Source: Bacteroidia bacterium
GTDB taxonomy: Bacteria; Bacteroidota; Bacteroidia; SXHM01
DNA: 64,000 nucleotides
NCBI GenBank assembly: GCA_050186075.1
Contig: JBFWYU010000012.1
Span: 41,420-105,419, forward strand
Reading direction: 5' to 3'
Below the pieces are notes generated by a model. The model saw only the letters and a list, made by a program, of their open reading frames with translations, ran no database searches and was not told where the DNA came from. Shown here in pieces: positions 32,682 to 41,706 of this stretch. The number at the start of each line of letters is the position of its first letter. The first letter of the stretch is position 1. Position numbers and translations under genes: made by a program.

Positions 32682-33608
32682 TTAAAAATTTACCTGTTCA
32701 ACCCCTTTCCTTTTCTCTGCTTTATTCTTGCAGTTAAATCGTGCAATAAAGTTCAGTTCATGGCTTCCACCGGTTTTACTATTTCCAAGATTTGAAACGG
32801 TTATGTCATAACTATATCCCGCAGAAAACCATTTGCCTTTATAACCAAGCAGAAAGATAAGTGCATCTGTATTATTAGTATTGAAACGTGTTCCAAAACC
32901 TACCTTAACTCCGTAAGCATAAAAGACAAGTGTTGGAAGAAACTGTTGAAATTCTTGCTGCTGCTGATAAAATATAGAAGGTGAAATTTTTACTTTTTCT
33001 GCTATATCTGCTACATAAGAAAGATGAGCAGTATATTTTATTGGAAGTTTTGATGTATATGAATCTATGAAACTTTCGTTGGGTTGTGTAAGATGATGAA
33101 ATGCGACACCATAAACAAAATTTCCATGTGTAATCAGTAATGCCGCATTGATATCAAAGTTGTTTACCTTACCTCTCATTTCAGCAGGTTGTATTGGCCA
33201 ACCAAAATTATAGTTGCTCCAATCTGTTAATTTTGATCGCCATCCTGCTTCTATTGCAGGACTTATAAGAAGCTTTTTCTTAAACAATCTGAACGCAGGA
33301 GAGTAGGTGAACATTGCCAAATGAGTTTGTAATGTTCCGTCACCTGCTCTGTCATACTGGTAATTAACAGCGATGCTTCCCATGATTTGTCTTACAAACT
33401 GGTCGTAAGAAAAGTTTATAGTTTGGTAGTTGCCATCAATTTTTGGCCATTGTAAACGATAAGCAGTAGAAATTCTTGAGCAGCCTTCATATCCTGCAAA
33501 CGCAGGATTAAGATAAATTGGTGAACTGAAGTACTGTGTAAATTGAGGGTCTTGCGCTTTAGTGCTAAGGGAAAGTAGTACAGAAAATATAATCAGGCTT
33601 AACCTCAT
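32682..33608 (-). CDS. PorP/SprF family type IX secretion system outer-membrane protein
   Basis: Signal peptide followed by AQDPQFTQYFSSPIYLNPAFAGYEG...YRLQWPKIDGNYQT, the signature N-terminus of TIGR03519 PorP/SprF. 308 aa, beta-barrel-like alternating pattern, C-terminal F. Confidence 0.8.
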   Translation of the reverse strand: MRLSLIIFSVLLSLSTKAQDPQFTQYFSSPIYLNPAFAGYEGCSRISTAYRLQWPKIDGNYQTINFSYDQFVRQIMGSIAVNYQYDRAGDGTLQTHLAMFTYSPAFRLFKKKLLISPAIEAGWRSKLTDWSNYNFGWPIQPAEMRGKVNNFDINAALLITHGNFVYGVAFHHLTQPNESFIDSYTSKLPIKYTAHLSYVADIAEKVKISPSIFYQQQQEFQQFLPTLVFYAYGVKVGFGTRFNTNNTDALIFLLGYKGKWFSAGYSYDITVSNLGNSKTGGSHELNFIARFNCKNKAEKRKGVEQVNF

Positions 33609-33629
33609 TTGTTTTCAAAGGTAGAAAAA

Positions 33630-34769
33630 TCAATTCTCAACAATCATCTTCTTCACCACGTTTTTTTGTGACGAAATAATATTCACGAAATAAGTTCCGT
33701 CATCAAAACTCTCAACCGGAAAAACAATCTTATTATCTCCTGCTGACACCTCTGTTTCATAAGAAGCAAAAACCTGCGCGAACATATTGGTGATAGTAAT
33801 TTTAACAGTCTCAGGTTTGTTTGCTGCAATTTCAATAGTCAGTTTTTCCATAGCAGGATTTGGATAAACCAGAGCGTTCTCAAATTTGTTTTCAGTAAAC
33901 GGAACGTCTGTAACAACCTGAGCCCAGCAATCGGTAATGGAAGTTGCTGTTGCGCTGTTGCCGCAGTAATTCAAGCCATACATCTCTTCCAGCGTGCGCA
34001 GAACATCGTAGTGATCAATATTCTGGTCGTAGCTGCCGCCAATAAGATTATCACCAATGAACACCGTAAGAATATGATTGAATGAAAAGTAGTTGTCTTC
34101 GTCAAACGTTAAAATAAACAGACTGTTATTTGTTTTTGCCCATTGTATGTAGGCATCCATATTATTTTCAACCCAAGCATCACCGTTTGAAATAGCAGAA
34201 GGCAATAGCACAGGGTCGTGCATATCGTTTTCTAAATGCGGAATAACAAAAGATAAAGTTGGCAGCTGCGAAAAATCACTTGGAAAATCGGCATAAGAAA
34301 GATGCAGTGAAGAAGGAATGCCGTTTGTAGGAGCATCCATCCAATTTACCCAGGGCGAATGCTTGCGTGCATAAAGGCCAGAGGTTTCTCCGTTAAATCC
34401 TGTAGATGGCAGATCTTCGGAGTAGCCGGCAAACGTAAAATTATTAGCCAGCAATTCAGCTCCTAAATTACAGGTAGTGAAAGGTTGTCCATCGGGAATT
34501 CCGTCACCTGTTGAGCCCTGATTATCACCCGAAAACAGCATGATGTAATTAGGCTGGCTGGGATGTGTTAAGCCATAAGATTCGGTAAACGTTGCTGCAT
34601 TCTGATCTGCAACTAAGGTGTTGATGTAAGGAGCGTTGGATGAGCCGTGAATCTGCGAGTAGCTGTGGTTTTCCAGAATGCAGATAACAACGTGATCGTA
34701 TTGCGGAATGGTTTGACAAAAAGCTGCAAGAGGCAGCAGTGAAAGCGATAATGCGAAATTAATTTTCAT
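33630..34769 (-). CDS. Secreted phosphoesterase-family (AcpA/PLC-like, PF04185-type) enzyme with T9SS type-A C-terminal sorting domain
   Basis: HVVICILENHSYSQIHG and THPSQPNYIMLFSGDNQG blocks. C-terminus LVYPNPAMEKLTIEI...DDGTYFVNIISSQKNVVKKMIVEN. Confidence 0.65.
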   Translation of the reverse strand: MKINFALSLSLLPLAAFCQTIPQYDHVVICILENHSYSQIHGSSNAPYINTLVADQNAATFTESYGLTHPSQPNYIMLFSGDNQGSTGDGIPDGQPFTTCNLGAELLANNFTFAGYSEDLPSTGFNGETSGLYARKHSPWVNWMDAPTNGIPSSLHLSYADFPSDFSQLPTLSFVIPHLENDMHDPVLLPSAISNGDAWVENNMDAYIQWAKTNNSLFILTFDEDNYFSFNHILTVFIGDNLIGGSYDQNIDHYDVLRTLEEMYGLNYCGNSATATSITDCWAQVVTDVPFTENKFENALVYPNPAMEKLTIEIAANKPETVKITITNMFAQVFASYETEVSAGDNKIVFPVESFDDGTYFVNIISSQKNVVKKMIVEN

Positions 34770-34778
34770 CTGCAGGTA

Positions 34779-35654
34779 TTAAATTATAGTTGACAAAAGT
34801 ACAAGAGTCCACTGAATAATCATTGTGCTTTCAATACCCAGCGAGTAAAACAGCTCTTTGCGTTGGCTGTTAACCATCAACACCAATGCCGCTGATACTA
34901 ATGCCGAAATTGTTAGTGCAATGAACTCGTTCATGTTGCAAAACCCGGAATTGCAGCGAACAAATGAGCTTGCAACAAATACAAGCAGCAGAACTAATGA
35001 AAAGTATTTCGACTTTTCTGCGCCAAACCGCGAAGGAATAGTTGCAACATGTTTATCACTGTCATAAGCTAAGTCGCGAATATCAAACGGTATGGTAATG
35101 GCAAAAATGAAAACAGCACGTGAAAAGAACAGCAGAAAGTTTTTCGGCTGCAGCAGTTCTGCAAGCCCGCTTTGCTGCACAAGTGGCAGACCAACTGTGA
35201 ATGTTGCCCACACCCATGCCACCAGAAATATTTTCACAAACGGCAATTCGCGCAGGCGTATTGTTTTCATTCCCGGCAGCCTGATAGGAACAGCATAGCC
35301 CAATGCAAATAAGCCCGGAACAAGTAAAAAAATCAAGGTGTCTTTACTCAAAGCAGTAAGCTCGGCAACAGAAACAATCAGCGACAAAACAGAAAATGCC
35401 CAGATAAACTTTTCGTGTTTTACAATCCAGTTGTGACGAACAGAGCGAAAGGCTGAAGATTTTAAACCCTTCATGCCTTCAATCAGGTTCAGGTTGTAAA
35501 CAAGCAGTGTGGAGAAAAACACAAACACCAGCAGATGTAAATCACCGGTAGTTAATTCCTTTCCAAGTTGCGATAAATGGGTTAAGCCAACCGAAGAAAA
35601 AGCAATTAAAAAGTTTCCGAAAACAAAGTAGTATATGGGTTTCCTGAAAAACAT
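34779..35654 (-). CDS. Polytopic membrane protein, possibly a UbiA-like prenyltransferase
   Basis: About 8 hydrophobic helices. IPFDIRDLAYDSDKHVATIPSRFG resembles the second Asp-rich UbiA motif; the first motif is not convincing. Confidence 0.35.
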   Translation of the reverse strand: MFFRKPIYYFVFGNFLIAFSSVGLTHLSQLGKELTTGDLHLLVFVFFSTLLVYNLNLIEGMKGLKSSAFRSVRHNWIVKHEKFIWAFSVLSLIVSVAELTALSKDTLIFLLVPGLFALGYAVPIRLPGMKTIRLRELPFVKIFLVAWVWATFTVGLPLVQQSGLAELLQPKNFLLFFSRAVFIFAITIPFDIRDLAYDSDKHVATIPSRFGAEKSKYFSLVLLLVFVASSFVRCNSGFCNMNEFIALTISALVSAALVLMVNSQRKELFYSLGIESTMIIQWTLVLLSTII

Positions 35655-36439
35655 CAGAAGCCGCGGAAAGTTGCCCAGTAGGCAACAATACCAACACTAA
35701 GCCCGATAAGACCACCTTCGGCAGCTGCAATAATTTTGCGTTTACGTGCGGCTTTGCTGTAGCCTGCAAGATAGGCTTCGTCCAGAATATATTCGGGGTG
35801 CGCCACCTTTGTTTCATCAGGTTTTTGCCGGGTAGTGCCTAATACTATGATGTAGGTAGCCGGAGCAACTGGCCCGAAAAAAGCTCCTAATCCTGATCCA
35901 ACTGTACTGATGCCGGCAGAGGTCCATAATGCTGCTGCTTTTTTTACTTTCATTCCGTCCTGCGCGCCATAAATGTATCTGCGCATTTCTTCCACAGTAT
36001 AATCTACTTCAGGCTCTACTACATCTGTTACTAAAAATCCAAGCGTGTCGGGATTGTATATTATTTCTTCTTTGCCGTCAGCGTGAGTAATGCTGAAGAC
36101 ATTGTCTTTTACTACTCTTTTAAGTGCTCTGAATTTCACATTTGCTTTTGCGGTAACTTCTTTCTTTTTTAATAATTGCAGAGTAATTGATTTTTGCAGA
36201 GCATCTTTTTGGTCGTTATTATTAATTTTTTCCTGCAATTGCTTAAAACGATTTTCAATTAAAGTCAACTTCTCTTCATTAATTTTTTTCTTTGGTTTTG
36301 TACCGTAGTAAATGCTGTTATTGTCCTGATATAATACAAAACCTGCTTTTTCTTTTCCATTCGTAAAAAGCACTTTGTCCTGCCCGAAGCCCAAGGCGGG
36401 TAATAACAGAAAGAAAAAGATGCAGAAATGCTTTATCAT
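35654..36439 (-). CDS. Hypothetical protein with N-terminal signal peptide and C-terminal glycine-rich TM segments
   Basis: MIKHFCIFFFLLLPALGFGQ signal, a Lys-rich middle and a C-terminus with AALWTSAGISTVGSGLGAFFGPVAPA and GGLIGLSVGIVAYWA helices. It has 1- and 4-nt overlaps with flanking genes on the same strand. Confidence 0.5.
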   Translation of the reverse strand: MIKHFCIFFFLLLPALGFGQDKVLFTNGKEKAGFVLYQDNNSIYYGTKPKKKINEEKLTLIENRFKQLQEKINNNDQKDALQKSITLQLLKKKEVTAKANVKFRALKRVVKDNVFSITHADGKEEIIYNPDTLGFLVTDVVEPEVDYTVEEMRRYIYGAQDGMKVKKAAALWTSAGISTVGSGLGAFFGPVAPATYIIVLGTTRQKPDETKVAHPEYILDEAYLAGYSKAARKRKIIAAAEGGLIGLSVGIVAYWATFRGF

Positions 36440-37431
36440 TTTATCTCAATAGTTTTTACATCACCTGTTGGTGTAATCACTTTGTAATGATTTTGCACTT
36501 TTGTTTCCACTGGTTTTTTCAGACTGAACCGCATTTTTATTTTGCAGGTATATTGTACCAATGGCTCCACCACAACAGGATTTATAACAACATCAAAGTT
36601 ATGGTAAGATAACTTGTTATAAAACATAACTGTGGGTTTGCGGATTTCGGTTAATCCCGATTTTTTTCCAACAGATTCAATGGATGAACTGCTTGCAGGT
36701 TGATATTTTGAATAGCGGTCGATAGGAAACGTAACTGAAGTTTGTTCGGTGAGCACACGGTAAACCGTGTCCAGATTAACGTTTAGTTGCTTGTAGTCAT
36801 TCGTTTTTCTTTTTGCATAAGCAATAACCGAATCGCGTAAGGTTTCATAAGCAGCACTTGTGTTCTCTACGAAGTAATCAACCTTAATAAGGTCGTAGAT
36901 TTCATGCTTTGCTGCAGCAGTAAGTATCTTGTCAAGCACTTCACCTTTGTTGAATTTTACATGAATGTTCTTTTGCAGCTCAAATCCTTTAGGAACTTCG
37001 TTATAGGTTTTGCTGAAAAATTTCTTGGTTACTTCCAGTTCATAAATCGGAACCTGTGAAACCATATCTAAGAAAATATCTTCAGGTTTTACTCCGGCAG
37101 AAGCTACTTCATTTACAAAATTCTGATAGCGTGTATTTAATAAATCATTAGCCACAGATGCATTTTCACCAACCTGTGTCATATTAAAAATAGCAAGGTA
37201 GGCATCGGCCTTGCGGTTAAAAAGTCCGTTTACCTCGAAAGTCATGCTGTTCTCGTCAATCATAACTTCACGTGTTACATTGAAACTGTTTTGCCAGTTA
37301 AGTTCTTCTGCATTCTGGTAATTGTAGCGGTTGTCATTGCCATACATAGAGTTGCCGACTGCCTGTGCAAATGAATGGATAGGTAAAAAGAAGCCGTTAA
37401 CAATTAAAAGAAGTAGGAGAAGTTTTTTCAT
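36436..37431 (-). CDS. Hypothetical secreted protein (first gene of the minus-strand operon)
   Basis: Signal peptide MKKLLLLLLIVNGFFLPIHSFAQA. 331 aa. No family recognised with confidence. Confidence 0.5.
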   Translation of the reverse strand: MKKLLLLLLIVNGFFLPIHSFAQAVGNSMYGNDNRYNYQNAEELNWQNSFNVTREVMIDENSMTFEVNGLFNRKADAYLAIFNMTQVGENASVANDLLNTRYQNFVNEVASAGVKPEDIFLDMVSQVPIYELEVTKKFFSKTYNEVPKGFELQKNIHVKFNKGEVLDKILTAAAKHEIYDLIKVDYFVENTSAAYETLRDSVIAYAKRKTNDYKQLNVNLDTVYRVLTEQTSVTFPIDRYSKYQPASSSSIESVGKKSGLTEIRKPTVMFYNKLSYHNFDVVINPVVVEPLVQYTCKIKMRFSLKKPVETKVQNHYKVITPTGDVKTIEIK

Positions 37432-37517
37432 CGGATGTGATTTTCAGGGTTTAAAGGTGTAGAAAATATTTAAATGAAGTTTACTCGCTGTCAGATTTTC
37501 TCCTCACATAAAAAATC

Positions 37518-37525
37518 TACTTTTG
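37518..37525 (+). promoter_or_regulatory. Candidate -7 box TACTTTTG for the DUF5686 gene
   Basis: Perfect TAnnTTTG, 15 nt upstream of the ATG at 37540. A short leader is typical of Bacteroidota. Confidence 0.4.
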
Positions 37526-37539
37526 CATGAATTTTTAAA

Positions 37540-40062
37540 ATGAGCCTGCTAAGACCATTTCATGTAATTTTTTTGCTGCTGCTATTGGCAGCAGAATTTG
37601 CATTTGCTCAAACAATTACTCTGAGCGGAAGAGTAACAGATGCAAAAACAGGCGAGGCAATTCCTTTTGCTAATGTTACCATTGTTGGGAAGTTTGTAGG
37701 TGCGCCAACCGATACTGCCGGTTTTTACTCATTTCAGGCACCTAAAAAAACGGATAGCCTTCAGGTTTCGTCTGTGGGTTATACTACGGTAAAGAAACCG
37801 GTACAGGAAGGCATTTCTCAGACAATTGATTTTGAACTGGCATTTAATGAGGTTGCTCTGGGTGAAGTTGTAATCAATCCGGGTGAAAACCCTGCCGATG
37901 TACTTTTCAGACAAATGATTTCTGTAAAAGATAAGCACAATATTAAAAATTACAACAGCCTGAAATATGAAGCGTATACCAAATACGAAGTTGATCTGGA
38001 TAATGTAAGCGACAAAAGTCTGGACAAGAATTTATTGCTCTCGCAGTTCCCCATGCTGAAAGGTTATCTGGACACAGTAACCGAAAAAGGCTCTTCCATT
38101 TTGCCTATGTTTTTTATTGAAAATATCTCTGATAATTATTCAACCACTAATCCCGATAAACAGATTGAGAAAATGAAAGGCGTGAAAATGTCCGGGCTCG
38201 ACAAGCAGGATTTTGTAACGGAGTTGTTGAGTAACGTAAATCAAAACGTGAATATTTACGAGAATATGATTACTGTTTTGGGAAAGAGTTTTGTAAGCCC
38301 TGTTGCTGATTACGGACTTAGCGTTTACAAATATTATTTGAATTTTTACGACACGCTTTACGTTAACGGAGAGCCTCATCTTCAAATGGAATTTAAACCC
38401 AAACGCAGAGGCGAAAACACGTTTAAAGGAAAAATGCTGGTCAATATCAAGTCATACGCTGTGCGCAGCATTGAGGCTTCTCTTTCCGATAATGTAAACA
38501 TTGGTTTTGTGCAGGATATCAGTTTTCAGCACGATTATAATTTTGTTGAATACAACGATACTTCAGGAAACCTTCAGCAGGCATGGGTTCCGCAGCGCGA
38601 GAAGTTGAAAATAAAATTCACCAGCAGTTTTGTAAAAGACGCTAAACTGATAGGAAAGAAAACAAAGAGTTTTAAAAATTTTGTGGTGAATACAGCTTTC
38701 AGTGACACCGTTTTTTCAGCATTCAAAAGCACTGAAATCAATGAGGAAGTATATCATAAAGACGATATATTCTGGGAAGAAATGCGTCACGATACGCTTC
38801 AGAAAACTGAAGCAGGAATTTATGAGATGGTAGACAGTCTTAAGCATACTAAACGTTTCAGGTTGTTGCGATACATTGCTATGTCACTCACTACGGGTTA
38901 TGCTAGGATAGGACCGAAAATTGGCATCGGTCACGTTGCAGGAATTGTGAGCGGCAATCAGGTTGAGAAAGTGCGTTTTAAATTAGGCTTTCAAACAACT
39001 GATAAGTTCAGTCAGCGTGTTCAACTGGAAGGACATATTGCCTACGGCCTGAAAGACGACCGTTTTAAATACGGAATGAAAGTGCAATTCATCATTGCTA
39101 AGAAGCCCTGGAATAAAATTAGCGTCAGCGGTAAAAGCGATATTGACTTTGCTAGCCGCTATGCTGAAGACCTTTTGGATCGTGATAATGTTACCACTTT
39201 TCTTCCTCGTGGAGTTGGACAGCGTTTGTATAATGTGGCCGAGGGGAAAATTGTTTATGACCGGGAATTCCACAAAGATCTGATGACTTATTTTGGCATC
39301 AACTACAAGAATTTAAAACCCTTTTTTGACTTTGGGTATGTTCAAAATGATGTTGTGAAAAAACACATCACCGTTGCTGAATTTTCGGTTGGTATTCGTT
39401 ATCAGCGGGGTTCTAAAAATCTGCCGGGAACATTTAACCGTGATGCAGAAGCCAACAAATTCTTTGCGCAATTCCGTAAGAAAAATGAATTCCCTGTAAT
39501 GTTTGTGCGCTATACCTACGGAGCAAAAAATATTTTAAAAAGCAATTTTGAATACCACGATATTTCTGCTGGATTGCAGGGTTATTTTCAGGTATCGCCT
39601 AAAATGTCGTTTTATTATAATTTATGGGCAGGAAAAATTTTCGGCAAACTTCCTTTCTTATTGTTGAAAAACCCTGAAGGAAATTTTTCCTACACACACA
39701 GTACATACTTCTTCAATAACATGAATTTGCTGGAGTTTTCTGCAGACCAGTATCTGAGTTTGAATTTTCAGTATTTCTTTGGCGGTTTGTTGCTTGATAA
39801 AATTCCGTTGATTAAAAAACTCAAGTGGCGTGAGTTAATTACCACTAATATTTTTTACGGAAATATGAATGTGGCTAATAGAAACTACAATTACCTCAAT
39901 ACTATTGATTATGCTTATCCAATTCCATATGTAGAAGCAGGGTTTGGAGTGGAAAACATTTTCAAATTCATTCGCCTTGATTGCATCTGGCGATTAACAC
40001 ACACCGATAAGGCAGATATTATTGAGTTCAGTCCTTATCTGAGTTTTAATATTAAAATCTGA
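37540..40062 (+). CDS. Carboxypeptidase-regulatory-like domain + DUF5686 family outer-membrane-associated protein
   Basis: Signal peptide, then ITLSGRVTDAKTGEAIPFANVTIVG (CarboxypepD_reg-like). 840 aa with beta-rich aromatic-terminated segments and a C-terminal ...YLSFNIKI. Confidence 0.65.
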   Translation: MSLLRPFHVIFLLLLLAAEFAFAQTITLSGRVTDAKTGEAIPFANVTIVGKFVGAPTDTAGFYSFQAPKKTDSLQVSSVGYTTVKKPVQEGISQTIDFELAFNEVALGEVVINPGENPADVLFRQMISVKDKHNIKNYNSLKYEAYTKYEVDLDNVSDKSLDKNLLLSQFPMLKGYLDTVTEKGSSILPMFFIENISDNYSTTNPDKQIEKMKGVKMSGLDKQDFVTELLSNVNQNVNIYENMITVLGKSFVSPVADYGLSVYKYYLNFYDTLYVNGEPHLQMEFKPKRRGENTFKGKMLVNIKSYAVRSIEASLSDNVNIGFVQDISFQHDYNFVEYNDTSGNLQQAWVPQREKLKIKFTSSFVKDAKLIGKKTKSFKNFVVNTAFSDTVFSAFKSTEINEEVYHKDDIFWEEMRHDTLQKTEAGIYEMVDSLKHTKRFRLLRYIAMSLTTGYARIGPKIGIGHVAGIVSGNQVEKVRFKLGFQTTDKFSQRVQLEGHIAYGLKDDRFKYGMKVQFIIAKKPWNKISVSGKSDIDFASRYAEDLLDRDNVTTFLPRGVGQRLYNVAEGKIVYDREFHKDLMTYFGINYKNLKPFFDFGYVQNDVVKKHITVAEFSVGIRYQRGSKNLPGTFNRDAEANKFFAQFRKKNEFPVMFVRYTYGAKNILKSNFEYHDISAGLQGYFQVSPKMSFYYNLWAGKIFGKLPFLLLKNPEGNFSYTHSTYFFNNMNLLEFSADQYLSLNFQYFFGGLLLDKIPLIKKLKWRELITTNIFYGNMNVANRNYNYLNTIDYAYPIPYVEAGFGVENIFKFIRLDCIWRLTHTDKADIIEFSPYLSFNIKI

Positions 40063-40557
40063 TTATTGCCATCCGCAAATAATTGCGCCCATAATCACAA
40101 AACAAAGTATCCAGTATCCTGAATTGATAAAAATAAATTTCCACGATTTGCGCTCAAACAAAGCATTGATGGCAAAAATCGGGAAAATCAAAAAAATGCC
40201 TGCAAGTAAGCCGTGTAATGCACCATGTCCATAGGTGCGGAATTTGCCACCAAATTCAGCCATCAGTTCATTCATTCGGTTGTTGGCAGCGCTTCCTGCC
40301 TTATATAAATCAGGATCATCGGCAAGCAGAGAACCGATTGCCATTTGATGAATAGTCAGAAATTGCATAGAGAAAGCAATAAAAAAACTGAACACAAAAG
40401 ATAGCCCGAAGATAAGTGCCATGTTAGCACCTTTCATGGTGTCTTCGGTAAGTCCGGCTTCTTTCATCCAGGCATTGCCTAATGTTTTTGGGTTATACCA
40501 TACAAATCCGATAATAAGCGGAACAAATGTTGCCGCAAGAATAGCCAGCCAGTTCAT
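40063..40557 (-). CDS. DUF1761 family small membrane protein
   Basis: MNWLAILAATFVPLIIGFVWYNPKTLGNAWMKEAG is the typical DUF1761 N-terminus. I place the start at ATG 40557, not at the track's 40722 extension, which runs into the pdhA promoter region. Confidence 0.6.
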   Translation of the reverse strand: MNWLAILAATFVPLIIGFVWYNPKTLGNAWMKEAGLTEDTMKGANMALIFGLSFVFSFFIAFSMQFLTIHQMAIGSLLADDPDLYKAGSAANNRMNELMAEFGGKFRTYGHGALHGLLAGIFLIFPIFAINALFERKSWKFIFINSGYWILCFVIMGAIICGWQ

Positions 40558-40641
40558 AGTTTTGGGTTTTAAGGGTTTGCCCAAAGATAGAGTCTTTTTT
40601 TTCAAACAAACAACTATTGTTTCCAAATCGCGGAAAGGGCA

Positions 40642-40672
40642 TTTGGTAAGGCTTTTTCTTTTGCTACTTTTG
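40642..40672 (+). promoter_or_regulatory. Candidate Bacteroidota sigma-A promoter for pdhA: -33 TTTG (40642-40645), 19-nt spacer, -7 TACTTTTG (40665-40672)
   Basis: Both elements match the TTTG / TAnnTTTG consensus with canonical spacing. The ATG lies 22 nt downstream. Confidence 0.5.
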
Positions 40673-40693
40673 CGCGGAACAAAATCAAAGGCA

Positions 40694-41689
40694 ATGGCAA
40701 AGACAAAGTTCAGCAAGGACACCTATTTATACTGGTATGAAACCATGCTGCTTTACCGTAAATTTGAGGAACGGGCAGGACAGCTTTACATTCAGCAAAA
40801 GATTAAAGGTTTTTGTCATTTATACATCGGTCAGGAAGCATTGGTGGCAGGCGCAACAAGTGCAACACAACCATCAGATAATGTAATAACAGCTTATCGC
40901 GATCACGTTCATCCCATTGCAAAAGGCGTTTCGCCCAATGCAATTATGGCTGAGCTTTACGGAAAAATAACAGGCTGTTCAAAAGGCAAAGGAGGTAGTA
41001 TGCACATGTTCTCTAAGGAGCATCGTTTTTTTGGAGGCCATGGAATTGTGGGCGGACAAATTCCGCTCGGTGCCGGAATTGCGTTTGCAGAAAAATACAA
41101 CGGAACAAAAAACATAACACTCTGCTACATGGGCGATGGTGCCGTGCATCAGGGCGCTTTTCACGAAACACTGAACATGGCAATGTTGTGGAGGTTGCCT
41201 GTGATTTTTATTATTGAGAACAATCAATACGCAATGGGAACTGCAGTGCATCGCTCCAGCAGTGTTACGGATTTGTACAAGCTTGGCCTCGCATATGGTA
41301 TTCCTTCTTTTGAAGTTGACGGAATGGTATGCGAAGATGTGCACAATGCAGTTGAAGCAGCAGCAGAAACCGCGCGTAATGGTGATGGTCCTACTTTGCT
41401 GGAAATGAAAACCTATCGCTACAAAGGTCACAGCATGAGCGACCCGGCAAAATACCGCACTAAAGAAGAAGTGGAAGCCTACAAAGCACAAGACCCTATT
41501 CAGCGTGTATTGGCAACGATTACCAAAAATAAATTTGCAACCGATTCGGAGTTGGAAGAAATAAATGCACGTGTTAATGCGCAGGTAGAAGAGTCTGTGA
41601 AATTTGCCGAGGAATCGCCTTTCCCTGATGCTTCTGAATTATTTAAAGATGTTTACGAGCAGGAAGACTATCCTTTCCTGAGAGATTAA
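40694..41689 (+). CDS. pdhA: Pyruvate dehydrogenase (acetyl-transferring) E1 component, alpha subunit
   Basis: MAKTKFSKDTYLYWYETMLLYRKFEERAGQLY..., YRDHVHPIAKG, GKGGSMHMF and the TPP motif YMGDGAVHQGAFHETLNMAMLWRLPVIFIIENNQYAMGT. The track's 40421 start is an artefactual upstream extension. Confidence 0.9.
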   Translation: MAKTKFSKDTYLYWYETMLLYRKFEERAGQLYIQQKIKGFCHLYIGQEALVAGATSATQPSDNVITAYRDHVHPIAKGVSPNAIMAELYGKITGCSKGKGGSMHMFSKEHRFFGGHGIVGGQIPLGAGIAFAEKYNGTKNITLCYMGDGAVHQGAFHETLNMAMLWRLPVIFIIENNQYAMGTAVHRSSSVTDLYKLGLAYGIPSFEVDGMVCEDVHNAVEAAAETARNGDGPTLLEMKTYRYKGHSMSDPAKYRTKEEVEAYKAQDPIQRVLATITKNKFATDSELEEINARVNAQVEESVKFAEESPFPDASELFKDVYEQEDYPFLRD

Positions 41690-41706
41690 AAACAGAGAGA
41701 ACCTAT

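Noticed and set aside
40421-40693. N-terminal 91-aa extension of the pdhA ORF in the track, and the matching 55-aa extension of the DUF1761 ORF (40558-40722).
   Set aside because: The two extensions overlap each other in antisense. Both proteins have canonical N-termini at internal ATGs (MAKTKFSKD... and MNWLAILAA...). A good TTTG-N19-TACTTTTG promoter sits inside the pdhA extension.
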